A stretch of DNA of 20,000 nt, from the IMG/VR virus record IMGVR_UViG_3300044837_000188, one strand, 5' to 3'. This DNA comes from an uncultured virus (IMG/VR IMGVR_UViG_3300044837_000188) (Duplodnaviria; Heunggongvirae; Uroviricota; Caudoviricetes). Below, one piece after another: positions 8,903 through 16,798 of this stretch. How positions within the stretch are numbered: position 1 is the stretch's first letter; each line of letters starts with the position of its first letter. Below the pieces are notes generated by a model. That model was not told the origin of the DNA. It worked only from the letters and a program-made list of their open reading frames with translations, and searched no databases. The position numbers and the translations under genes are program-made.

Positions 8903-9120
8903 ACATCTCTCCCGACCGCCACCACATCAGCCTGGACTCCCACATCCACCAGACCACCGAGTGGCTCAGGTCGCGTGGGTACCGGGGTGCTCCCGCCATG
9001 GCTGCGGGCTCCGGCGTGCAGGGCGGCATCGTCTTCTGCCGGAAGAACGAGCCCGTCACGCTGGCCCTGCCGGGGGACACCCTGCGCTACGACGGCAGCA
9101 ACATCACGATCGAGGAGTAG
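8899..9120 (+). CDS. Hypothetical protein, paralog of the previous gene
   Basis: GGAG RBS, ATGA overlap, shared motifs. Confidence 0.8.
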   Translation: MNISPDRHHISLDSHIHQTTEWLRSRGYRGAPAMAAGSGVQGGIVFCRKNEPVTLALPGDTLRYDGSNITIEE

Positions 9121-9123
9121 GCC

Positions 9124-9696
9124 ATGCCGTCCCAGAACGTCAGCTTCAGGACCAGCCCCGAGTTGCTGGAGAAGATCCGCCGACGCGATCCCGACGCCAG
9201 CAAGTACCCCGGTGCCACCGCCAAGAGGGAGGTGGAGCGCTGGTACGCGATGCTGGAGGACCACCTCGCGGACCTGGAGAAGTTCTCTCCGGACGAGTGC
9301 GTGGTGCTGATCTACTACGTCGGCACGTACGGTGGCCGACCGAGCCACGAGGCCGTCCTGCGGGCCGGAGACGTTCTACAGGGGTCGGCCGTCGGATTCC
9401 TGGACGAGTTCTACGACCGCGCACAGATCAGCGTGGGGGCCAAACTCCGACTCATGAACCCCATGAGCCGCTACGCCCTCTGGGACGCCGCAGAGCGCTA
9501 CGAGGCCCTTGCTCTGACCCGCGCCAAGGACGGGGACACCACCCTCACGTTCGGTATGGCGCTGCACGAGATCGGCCTGCACACCTACGACCTGCCGAGC
9601 CACATCCTCCAGCGGGTGGAGGCGACCAGGGCAGTGGAGTCCGATCTCCTGCCCGGCGCCTACCTGCGAGCAGCGAAGGAGCACCCCTTTGAGTAG
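9124..9696 (+). CDS. Putative DNA-binding protein with an N-terminal ribbon-helix-helix-like segment
   Basis: GAGGAG RBS; N-terminal NVSFRTSPELLEKI fits the RHH beta-strand-then-helix pattern. ORF is solid, function is tentative. Confidence 0.6.
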   Translation: MPSQNVSFRTSPELLEKIRRRDPDASKYPGATAKREVERWYAMLEDHLADLEKFSPDECVVLIYYVGTYGGRPSHEAVLRAGDVLQGSAVGFLDEFYDRAQISVGAKLRLMNPMSRYALWDAAERYEALALTRAKDGDTTLTFGMALHEIGLHTYDLPSHILQRVEATRAVESDLLPGAYLRAAKEHPFE

Positions 9697-10495
9697 GCAC
9701 GAGTACGACTACGAAGACGAGCTGGACGATGGTCTCGGTATCGCCAGCCGGACCCATATCAGCAAGAAGGCCTGGATCGACTCCATGGAGCGCGAGACGG
9801 AGCGGAAGAAGAATCAAATGATCACGCGAGACCTCTTCTCCGGTATCCGCAAGTACATCTGGCGGGCTTCGTTGCCCGGGGGAGCGGCGGTCGAGGGCCA
9901 GATCATGATCCCGGAGACCGGGTCCCACGCCGACGTGGTCACCATGAAGGCCTTCGACATCGTCTTCAGCGCGGTCAAGTTGCAGTACGAGGGCCTGGGC
10001 CAGTTCGAGGCCACGATCGAGGGCCGTCTCCTGGGCCGTTTCCGGGTGCCGGAGCCGCGTATCGAGGTGGACGCTTTCGGCCGTCCGAGGAGGTACTACG
10101 GGGACCGGGTGATCGAGAAGGAGGGGATGGACTGGCTCCGCAACAACATGGAGTTCCGCCTCTCTGACGGCAGGGAGACGTTCCCTCCGTACGAGCCCGC
10201 GCTCCCGGGGAAGTCGAAGGGCGTGCCGGTCACCCAGGCCGCTCAGAACTGGTCCCAGAAGCTGGCCACGGCGAAGCCCAAGGTCAAGCCCGAGGACGTC
10301 TGGACGCCCCTCAACGAGGGGCAGAACATGGCCGCGATCGGCGTGAACCTCTCGGCGACCTCTGGGAGCGGTGCGACCAACCTGGCCTTCGCCACCCAGT
10401 TGGAGCAGACCCGCAGCGCCGGTCAGAGCGCCACCGCGAAGGACAGGGCGGCCAAGGTCGTGCAGATGCACCTGGAGGGGAAGGTCATCGGGTGA
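9689..10495 (+). CDS. Hypothetical protein
   Basis: AAGGAG RBS, TTG start, GTGA overlap at the 3' end. Confidence 0.8.
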   Translation: MSRHEYDYEDELDDGLGIASRTHISKKAWIDSMERETERKKNQMITRDLFSGIRKYIWRASLPGGAAVEGQIMIPETGSHADVVTMKAFDIVFSAVKLQYEGLGQFEATIEGRLLGRFRVPEPRIEVDAFGRPRRYYGDRVIEKEGMDWLRNNMEFRLSDGRETFPPYEPALPGKSKGVPVTQAAQNWSQKLATAKPKVKPEDVWTPLNEGQNMAAIGVNLSATSGSGATNLAFATQLEQTRSAGQSATAKDRAAKVVQMHLEGKVIG

Positions 10496-10689
10496 GCCCC
10501 GAGGAGATCGAGGCCATGATGCGGGACGCCCAGCACAAGAACCCGGTGATCATCAGGAGCTTCACGGCCGACTATGAGTCCGCCTGCTCCTGCGGGGAGG
10601 TGATCCTGCCCGGCGACGAGGCTGGATACATCGACGGGGACACCGTGGCATCCTGCTCGGACTGCTGTGACGACGCGGTAAGTACTTGA
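10492..10689 (+). CDS. Small zinc-finger-like protein (CxC...CxxC)
   Basis: SACSCGEVILPGD...SCSDCC; GTGA overlap. Confidence 0.75.
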   Translation: MSPEEIEAMMRDAQHKNPVIIRSFTADYESACSCGEVILPGDEAGYIDGDTVASCSDCCDDAVST

Positions 10690-10700
10690 TCTGCACAAAC

Positions 10701-10732
10701 AGAGCCCCTCCAGGATTCCTTGGAGGGGCTCT
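10701..10732 (+). terminator. Stem-loop ending a ~7-kb operon
   Basis: AGAGCCCCTCCA-GGATTCCT-TGGAGGGGCTCT, 12-bp stem directly before a promoter. Confidence 0.65.
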
Positions 10733-10799
10733 TGCGCTCCAACAATCCTGTGTGTAACCTTGACGTTGTCAGGGCAACACAGACTCCACAGGAGGCGCC
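10732..10799 (+). promoter_or_regulatory. Repeated promoter cassette copy 4
   Basis: TTGCGC 10732-10737; 17-bp spacer TCCAACAATCCTGTGTG; TAACCT 10755-10760; TGACGTTGTCA 10761-10771; GACTCCACAGGAGG 10782-10795. Confidence 0.8.
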
Positions 10800-11708
10800 A
10801 TGCGACCGAACATCTCCGCCGCAGCGATCAGCCGGATCATCTCCGCGAACAGCAACGTGGCGAAGGCGTCCACCCGCAACATCTGGAGCCGTGGCTTCGT
10901 CGTCACCGGCTTCGGCCCCGAGGTCCACGTCACCTTCCAGGACACCGACCTCGGCTGTGCCGAGCGCAATCTCGACGCCATTGCCGAGCTGCTCAACGGC
11001 CGCAGCGACCGCAAGTACTACGCGGTGAAGATGCAGGACGAGAACGACAGCCTCTTCATCAAGGTCGAGGCCTTCATCGGCCAGTCGCCCGAGGACGAGA
11101 CGGCCGACGTGGAGGACATGGCGGCCGAGTCCGAGCACGCCGTCACCGTCGCGGAGGTCAACAAGGTCCTGGAGGGCCCCTGCTACCCCTACAGCGAGGG
11201 AGCGGCCGGATACGTCATCGAGCGCCTGGAGACCCCTCGCGCCGGGCTCGTACGGGTCTCGTACAAGGACCACCCCTTCACCGGTTACGCCATGGTGATC
11301 GGCGGCCGTGAGCAGTACGCCATCAAGGCCGTGGACCACTACGCGGACAGGCTCGTGACGGCCGGGTACTCCGCGTGGATCGACTACGCGGACACCGACG
11401 GCTGGAGCGTCCTCGTGGGTCCCGCCGGGCACTTCGCCCAGCAGGACAAGCCGGAGGACGTCAAGGAGGCCCTGACGGCCCTGCGTGAGGCTGTGGAGGC
11501 CAACGATCTCGGCTTCATGACCCGTAAGGCCGGAGACCACTCGATCTTCGTGTACTTCCTTGTCCCCTTCCGGGACAAGGTGCGGCGCGTGGAGATCTTC
11601 TGGGGCAACGGGAGCTACTCCTCCATCGGGAGCTTCGGGGGATCCCGCTCCGAGTTCCACAACACGGAGCTGACGGTCCAGTTCATCCGCTCCGAGATCG
11701 TCGAATAG
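10800..11708 (+). CDS. Hypothetical protein, probably multidomain
   Basis: First gene after the promoter; strong RBS; 302 aa. Confidence 0.85.
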   Translation: MRPNISAAAISRIISANSNVAKASTRNIWSRGFVVTGFGPEVHVTFQDTDLGCAERNLDAIAELLNGRSDRKYYAVKMQDENDSLFIKVEAFIGQSPEDETADVEDMAAESEHAVTVAEVNKVLEGPCYPYSEGAAGYVIERLETPRAGLVRVSYKDHPFTGYAMVIGGREQYAIKAVDHYADRLVTAGYSAWIDYADTDGWSVLVGPAGHFAQQDKPEDVKEALTALREAVEANDLGFMTRKAGDHSIFVYFLVPFRDKVRRVEIFWGNGSYSSIGSFGGSRSEFHNTELTVQFIRSEIVE

Positions 11709-11720
11709 GAATTGTCCGAC

Positions 11721-11746
11721 GGGCCGCCCTTACCAGGGCGGCCCTT
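11721..11746 (+). terminator. Stem-loop, putative terminator
   Basis: GGGCCGCCCT-TACC-AGGGCGGCCC-TT, perfect 10-bp stem. Confidence 0.6.
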
Positions 11747-11763
11747 GGCCCGAGGAGGGCGAC

Positions 11764-12105
11764 ATGACCGCGATCCCCAAGGGGTTCAACTACGAGATTC
11801 ATCGGCCGTCTTCCCACCTGGCTCTCCAGGTGTTCTCCACAGCCCTGCTGCCGGACCGCGAGAAGGAGGCCTTCGTGCGCTCCATGGAGCGTGCCGGGAG
11901 CCGTACGGGCGGTCCGCTCATGAAGGACGGCGGGGTCTCGTGCGCCACGGCCGATGACCTGGAGGAGGCCTACTGGTCTTCCCTCAAGAAGGGCGTTGAT
12001 CCCTGCTACGTCGACCGCCGCGACGGCTACGTCTACCTCGGCGAGTACGTGTTCGTACCGAGCAAGATCCCGATCCTGGTGAGGCCGGAAGATGTTGAGG
12101 GATAG
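11764..12105 (+). CDS. Hypothetical protein
   Basis: GAGGAGG RBS. Confidence 0.75.
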   Translation: MTAIPKGFNYEIHRPSSHLALQVFSTALLPDREKEAFVRSMERAGSRTGGPLMKDGGVSCATADDLEEAYWSSLKKGVDPCYVDRRDGYVYLGEYVFVPSKIPILVRPEDVEG

Positions 12106-12108
12106 CGC

Positions 12109-12178
12109 TTGACGCCCCAACAATTCTTGTAGTACCTTCAAGACGTCCGCCAGAGAAACAGACTCCCCAGGAGGCGCT
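12109..12178 (+). promoter_or_regulatory. Repeated promoter cassette copy 5
   Basis: TTGACG 12109-12114; 18-bp spacer CCCCAACAATTCTTGTAG; TACCTT 12133-12138; CCGCCAG 12147-12153; GACTCCCCAGGAGG 12161-12174. Confidence 0.87.
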
Positions 12179-13156
12179 ATGCCCGAGTCCACCGCACCCC
12201 GCAGTTTCGTCCTCGAAGACGGCCAGGAGATCACCCTCCTCCAGAACGAGCTGGTGATCCTGGAGCGCATGCGCGACCAGGCCGACGGCACCGAGTACGA
12301 CATGATCTTCAAGGGTCCGGCGTGCGAGGGGGACCAGCAGCGCCTGGCGCCCCGCGACCAGGTCCACGGCCTGTACATCAAGGGCCTGGTGACCTACCTC
12401 GTCGGCACGAGCGCCGAGGGTGAGTACGGCGCGGTCCTCTCCGGCGCCGGACGCTTCGTCCTGGACCAGATCGCGCCGGTGCTCAAGACCGTCGACCAGA
12501 AGGCCGCTCAGTACGCCGAGCTGACCGAGGACGAGCTGATCGACCTGCTGGCCGAGCACGCGGCCATCTACAGCGAGCACCTGACCGGCATCCCGCTGGA
12601 GATGGCCGGGATCGCGAAGGCCCTGAAGGCCCGCCGGGACGGCTCGAAGGAGAACCGCGACCGCATCGCGGAGTACCTGCGGCACGTCAAGATCAAGCAG
12701 GACAAGTACGACGAGGACAAGGCCTCCACCTCGACCTACACCCAGAAGAACGCCCGCCCGGTGAACAACGTCATCGACTCCGTCCGCGAGGACCAGTGGA
12801 CCGGGGGAGCGAACCTGCTCCTGACCGACATCCAGCGCCTGGTGACTCCTGTCGTACGGGACACCAAGACCGAGTACTTCGAGCAACAGGCCGCCTGGCT
12901 GGCGGAGTGGAAGACCCGTGCCGAGTACCAGAAGCTCCCGGACAAGCAGAAGGCCATTCTGGAGAGCGCGGCGCTCGGTCAGGTGACCGAGTCGTACTCG
13001 GGGTGGAGGGACGGTCAGGACCGTATCCACCAGGGCACGATGAACTCCTTGCTGGGCAAGAAGATCTTCACGGGAACGCGTTCTCGTGCAGGAGCCAGCA
13101 TCCACCGCAGCAGCTTCCTGACCATCGCGCGACCCACGTACGTGCGCAACGGATGA
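12179..13156 (+). CDS. Hypothetical protein with possible winged-helix-like segments
   Basis: Strong RBS; segments LLQNELVILERM...LYIKGLV...LSGAGR and LPDKQKAIL...TMNSLLGKKI. Confidence 0.8.
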   Translation: MPESTAPRSFVLEDGQEITLLQNELVILERMRDQADGTEYDMIFKGPACEGDQQRLAPRDQVHGLYIKGLVTYLVGTSAEGEYGAVLSGAGRFVLDQIAPVLKTVDQKAAQYAELTEDELIDLLAEHAAIYSEHLTGIPLEMAGIAKALKARRDGSKENRDRIAEYLRHVKIKQDKYDEDKASTSTYTQKNARPVNNVIDSVREDQWTGGANLLLTDIQRLVTPVVRDTKTEYFEQQAAWLAEWKTRAEYQKLPDKQKAILESAALGQVTESYSGWRDGQDRIHQGTMNSLLGKKIFTGTRSRAGASIHRSSFLTIARPTYVRNG

Positions 13157-13319
13157 GCCCTGACGAGAAGGTCGCGGAGGCCCTGGTGGGTCTCCGCTGG
13201 CTCATGCGAGACCCCTCTCCCGAGCGTGCAGAGGCCCTGTGGCCGACTGGACGCCCGAGGAGATGTACGACACCCGTGGCGCCGCCTGGCGCCGCCCGAC
13301 GCCCCCGGAGGGCACATGA
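13153..13319 (+). pseudogene. Small gene interrupted by a 1-nt frameshift (or a sequence error)
   Basis: ATGA-coupled start at 13153 and ATGA-coupled stop at 13317-13319 are in different frames; joined reading MSPDEKVAEAL...PERAEAL/VADWTPEEMYDT...PEGT*. Confidence 0.55.
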
Positions 13320-13888
13320 GCATCGATTACGGCAAGACCGCCCCCGAGAAGCGGTTCTTCCTCCTCTTCGGCGAGGAGGGCGCCTGGCAGGAGGTCAGCA
13401 TGAACACCTACCTGTCCGCCCAGATCGCGAACGGGATCAAGGGCATCACCCCGATGGACCACTTCGAGGTGGAGAACCTCCAGGGAACCGTCACCGAGGA
13501 CGGCTCCCGTCCGAAGGACGTGAAGAAGCCGGTCGTGGCGGAGCCCATGGTCCGCCGGACCTCGGTCGAGCCCGACGCCTCGTACCGTCTGATCTTCCCG
13601 ACGGGCTCCTACGGCAACGCCAGCATCGACGACGACACGGGCACGGCGACCATCATCCTGAGCCCCACGCAGTACGAGGCTCTCAGCAAGGCCCAGGGGC
13701 CCGTACTGCTGGACCGCTGGGCCCAGCGTCTGGACGGACAGACCAAGGACGCGGGTCCCGTCAAGGAGGCCCTGATCGGCGGTCTCGCCGACACCCTGCG
13801 CAGCGTGGCGACCGACATGCGTGACGGCAAGCCGACCAAGCCCAAGCGCCCGACGATCCAGGACCTCAAGGACCTGCTCAAGGGCTGA
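13316..13888 (+). CDS. Hypothetical protein
   Basis: GGAGG then ATG 13316 (MSIDYGKTAPEK...). Confidence 0.8.
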   Translation: MSIDYGKTAPEKRFFLLFGEEGAWQEVSMNTYLSAQIANGIKGITPMDHFEVENLQGTVTEDGSRPKDVKKPVVAEPMVRRTSVEPDASYRLIFPTGSYGNASIDDDTGTATIILSPTQYEALSKAQGPVLLDRWAQRLDGQTKDAGPVKEALIGGLADTLRSVATDMRDGKPTKPKRPTIQDLKDLLKG

Positions 13889-13905
13889 ATCCCCGGGAGG
13901 GACCC

Positions 13906-14214
13906 ATGGCGTTGACCAAGGACGAGTTCATGGCCGCACTGCTCGCGGGCTACGAGGCGCACCTCGTAGCAGTCCTGGAGGGCCGCGAGGAGCCGTACAG
14001 CTACCTCAAGGCCGAGGGCGTGGACTACGGCGACTACCTGGAGCACCGCCACGGCTGGCCGGTGATCGAGGACGGTCTGTGCGGCCCCTCGTCGGTCGCG
14101 GATGGGTGCTGTGACGAGCACAACCAGGTCTACGAGGTCGAATTCGACGAGTGCCCGACGTGTCTCGCCCTGATCCGGATGTACGAGGCCAAGGAGGCCC
14201 CGAGTGAGCAGTGA
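13906..14214 (+). CDS. Acidic protein with C-terminal CxxH...CxxC
   Basis: GGGAGG RBS; DGCCDEHNQ...ECPTC. Confidence 0.8.
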   Translation: MALTKDEFMAALLAGYEAHLVAVLEGREEPYSYLKAEGVDYGDYLEHRHGWPVIEDGLCGPSSVADGCCDEHNQVYEVEFDECPTCLALIRMYEAKEAPSEQ

Positions 14215-14506
14215 TATCCCCCTGGACCTCCAGAAGCTGCTGGAAGAGCACCGTCGCAACACCCGGTACTTCCTGGCGCCCGCCACCACGAACCCCGTGT
14301 GGCAGGAGGTTACCGAGCAGGAGTTTGTGAACGCGGAGCGCGGAGCGGGCTTCCGCCCGAAGCCCGGCTGCGGGCCGGTGGCCACTGGAGCCTTCTCCGC
14401 CGGAGGCCAGCGGGGGACCACCGTGGCTCTGGCGGAGCACATGTCCAAGCTGGGCCGGTACATCGACCTGGACGGCACCCTGCACACCCCGGAGGCAACG
14501 AAGTGA
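14204..14506 (+). CDS. Hypothetical protein
   Basis: AAGGAGG RBS, GTG start; motif WQEVTEQEFVNAERGAGFRPK...ATGAFS. Confidence 0.8.
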   Translation: MSSDIPLDLQKLLEEHRRNTRYFLAPATTNPVWQEVTEQEFVNAERGAGFRPKPGCGPVATGAFSAGGQRGTTVALAEHMSKLGRYIDLDGTLHTPEATK

Positions 14507-15102
14507 GCGACTTGGGAGAGCCCGGAGACGTCGGCCTGACCTGGATCACCGGCTGGACCGGCTTCTGGGTCTCGCTCGGCCAGTGGATCGCCGGGGACGG
14601 CGGCCGGTGGCCGTGGAGCCGGATCCGCATGGCCAAGAAGATCATCCGGATCCAGAGCGGGAAGAAGGTCAAGTTCCCCCGGGGCTTCCCCACCCACGCC
14701 TTCACGTTCCTGCCGGACGGCATGATCTTCGAGGCGCAGCCCGGCGGAGCCGTTATCAGCCCCATTGCCCGTTATGCCGACAAGCCGATCCTGGTCGCTC
14801 GTCTGCCGCTGACCGACGAGCAGCGGGGCCGCGTACTGCCCGTGGCCATCAGCCTCCTGGGGACTCCGTACAGCTTCCTGGACTACGTCTATCTGGGGCT
14901 GTGGCGCCTGGGGCTTCGGCCGGACTGGCTGAAGGAGGCCGTCCGGCGGTCGGGTCACATGATCTGTTCCCAGAGCGTCGACAAGGTGGAGGAGTTGATC
15001 GATTTCCATCTCTTCACCGACGAGCGCCTGAACCAGGATGTCACCCCGGGAGACCTGTTCGAGCTGTTCGAGGCGAAGGGCTGGTGGGATGTCGCAGCCT
15101 GA
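14503..15102 (+). CDS. Permuted papain-like amidase (YaeF/YiiX-type, NlpC/P60 superfamily)
   Basis: GGAGG, GTG 14503. PGD near the N-terminus, THAF (His), EAQPGG, LLGTPYSFLDY, MICSQ (Cys), VTPGDL: His-before-Cys permuted order. Confidence 0.8.
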   Translation: MSDLGEPGDVGLTWITGWTGFWVSLGQWIAGDGGRWPWSRIRMAKKIIRIQSGKKVKFPRGFPTHAFTFLPDGMIFEAQPGGAVISPIARYADKPILVARLPLTDEQRGRVLPVAISLLGTPYSFLDYVYLGLWRLGLRPDWLKEAVRRSGHMICSQSVDKVEELIDFHLFTDERLNQDVTPGDLFELFEAKGWWDVAA

Positions 15103-15607
15103 GGGGGTGCCGACCGACCTGAGCGAGATGCTCGACCTGGACGTGTGGTACCGGGACTCGGCCGGTAGCTGGTGGCGGGTGTCCGAGATGGGCAAGCACC
15201 TCAAGGAGGCCTCCGCCAAGCGACTGCTCCAGTTCGCCCTGCCCTTCGCCAAGAACGTCTTCCGCGACGTGTATGCCTACGGGACGCCGTCCGGCGAGCA
15301 GGCCCAGATCGACCTGGAGCGCGGAGAGGCCGAGATCGAGGTGATCTTGGAGTCCGAGGCCAACGCGCGGGACTGGATACGCGGAACAGCTCTGTACCAG
15401 GCTCTGACGGGCGAGAAGGCCTGGGAGGCCTGGGACCCGCCTGAGACGCCGGAGACGGCCAGCCAGACCCCGTACGAGGCCAAGGAGCAGGCATCCAGGG
15501 AAAGCCTCGCCGAGCTGGAGATGGAGATCCTCCGGCTGGAGCAGGCAGAGAATCAGATCGGCATCGCCCTGACGGCCTTGCGCGTCATCCGCAACCGGAT
15601 GCTCTGA
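15089..15607 (+). CDS. Hypothetical protein with a C-terminal coiled coil
   Basis: ATG 15089 overlapping the upstream gene; followed by a terminator. Confidence 0.75.
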   Translation: MSQPEGVPTDLSEMLDLDVWYRDSAGSWWRVSEMGKHLKEASAKRLLQFALPFAKNVFRDVYAYGTPSGEQAQIDLERGEAEIEVILESEANARDWIRGTALYQALTGEKAWEAWDPPETPETASQTPYEAKEQASRESLAELEMEILRLEQAENQIGIALTALRVIRNRML

Positions 15608-15610
15608 GCC

Positions 15611-15651
15611 GACGAAGCCCCCGACCACCATTCGGGGGCTTCGTCATTTTT
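15611..15651 (+). terminator. Intrinsic terminator
   Basis: GACGAAGCCCCCGA-CCACCAT-TCGGGGGCTTCGTC then ATTTTT. Confidence 0.85.
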
Positions 15652-15662
15652 AAAATCGGGGA

Positions 15663-15731
15663 TTGACTCCCCAGGAATCCTTGTAGTAGTCTTCACTTTG
15701 TCAGGACCACACGACTCCTCAGGAGGCCGAT
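15663..15731 (+). promoter_or_regulatory. Repeated promoter cassette copy 6
   Basis: TTGACT 15663-15668; 18-bp spacer CCCCAGGAATCCTTGTAG (identical to copy 3); TAGTCT 15687-15692; TCACTTTGTCA; GACTCCTCAGGAGG 15713-15726. Confidence 0.87.
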
Positions 15732-16400
15732 ATGGCGACCACCGCTCAGCTCCGCAAGGCTCTCGCCGACGGCGCGAAGATCGTCACCACCGACACGGGC
15801 TACGACAAGGGCAGCGAGGTCGAGTACGACCCGCAGTACAAGGGCGACCGGCAGCCCTGGAGGGTCAAGGGCCTGACCGGTGTCGACCGGGTGCGCACCA
15901 GCACCTGTGAGGTCCAGTGGGGCCCCAACGGCGCCCCGGTGAAGCTTACGGAGACGCAGGAGGCCTTCATGCGCGCCTGCATCAGCCACAAGGAGTGGGC
16001 GAACAGCGGGGGCTGGATGTGGGCCAACCGCTCCACCTCGCTGCGGATGGCCGAGGCGCTGGAGCGCAAGGGCCTCCTGATCTGCGTGAGCAGCAAGCCC
16101 TACCGTGAGCGCTACGTGCCGAGCGACCTGGGCCACCGGCTGTACGACCCGAAGCTCCCGCGTCCCACGAAGGCCGTGACGGACCTGGTGCTGGTGATGC
16201 TCGCCGAGCAGAACTGGGAGTGGAAGCCGGGCTGCGGCTGGTACTACCACAACGAGGGCGTCACCAAGCTGGCTCTGGAGGCCCTGGTGGGCGACGGCTA
16301 CGTGGTCCGCTCCGGCGACGGCTACGGCATGGTCACCGCCGGGTACGACAAGGCCCTGGAGCTGGGCTACGACCCCAGCCTCTTCGACGACGAGGGCTGA
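15732..16400 (+). CDS. Hypothetical protein with two tandem winged-helix-like repeats
   Basis: EWANSGGWMWANRSTSLRMAEALERKGLL versus EWKPGCGWYYHNEGVTKLALEALVGDGYV. Confidence 0.8.
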   Translation: MATTAQLRKALADGAKIVTTDTGYDKGSEVEYDPQYKGDRQPWRVKGLTGVDRVRTSTCEVQWGPNGAPVKLTETQEAFMRACISHKEWANSGGWMWANRSTSLRMAEALERKGLLICVSSKPYRERYVPSDLGHRLYDPKLPRPTKAVTDLVLVMLAEQNWEWKPGCGWYYHNEGVTKLALEALVGDGYVVRSGDGYGMVTAGYDKALELGYDPSLFDDEG

Positions 16401-16405
16401 TCCTC

Positions 16406-16720
16406 ATGGTTAACGGACGACCGATGCGAGGTATCCAGGGCATGGGACACGTGCAGATGTACGTGCTCCGTGACCTGGTGGTCGAGGGGGAGTGGCGAGA
16501 GGCCGACAAGCTCCCCGGCACCGTACGAGCCCGCGCGATCATGCACCAGTTGCGCCGCCGGGGGCTGGCCTACAGGGAGTCCGGCAGCTTCGCCGGGGGC
16601 GACGCGGTCTTCTGTCCCATGGACGCGGCCGACCAGTGGTTCATCGAGTACGGCTACCTGCTCACCCGCTACGCCGAGACGCCCTTCGTGTATCTCCACA
16701 CCACGACGTACATCCCGTGA
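16406..16720 (+). CDS. Hypothetical protein, possibly winged-helix-like
   Basis: GAGG upstream of ATG 16406; RAIMHQLRRRGLA; ends just before a promoter. Confidence 0.7.
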   Translation: MVNGRPMRGIQGMGHVQMYVLRDLVVEGEWREADKLPGTVRARAIMHQLRRRGLAYRESGSFAGGDAVFCPMDAADQWFIEYGYLLTRYAETPFVYLHTTTYIP

Positions 16721-16724
16721 GGGG

Positions 16725-16798
16725 TTGACACTCCAAGGATTGTTGGAGAGACTCTTCACGAACACCCCGCCAGGAACCGACTCCTCAAGGAGGCCCAC
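16725..16798 (+). promoter_or_regulatory. Repeated promoter cassette copy 7 (spacer box inverted)
   Basis: TTGACA 16725-16730; CTCCAA-GGATTG-TTGGAG; weak -10 GAGACT; CCGCCAG 16767-16773; GACTCCTCAAGGAGG 16779-16793. Confidence 0.75.
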
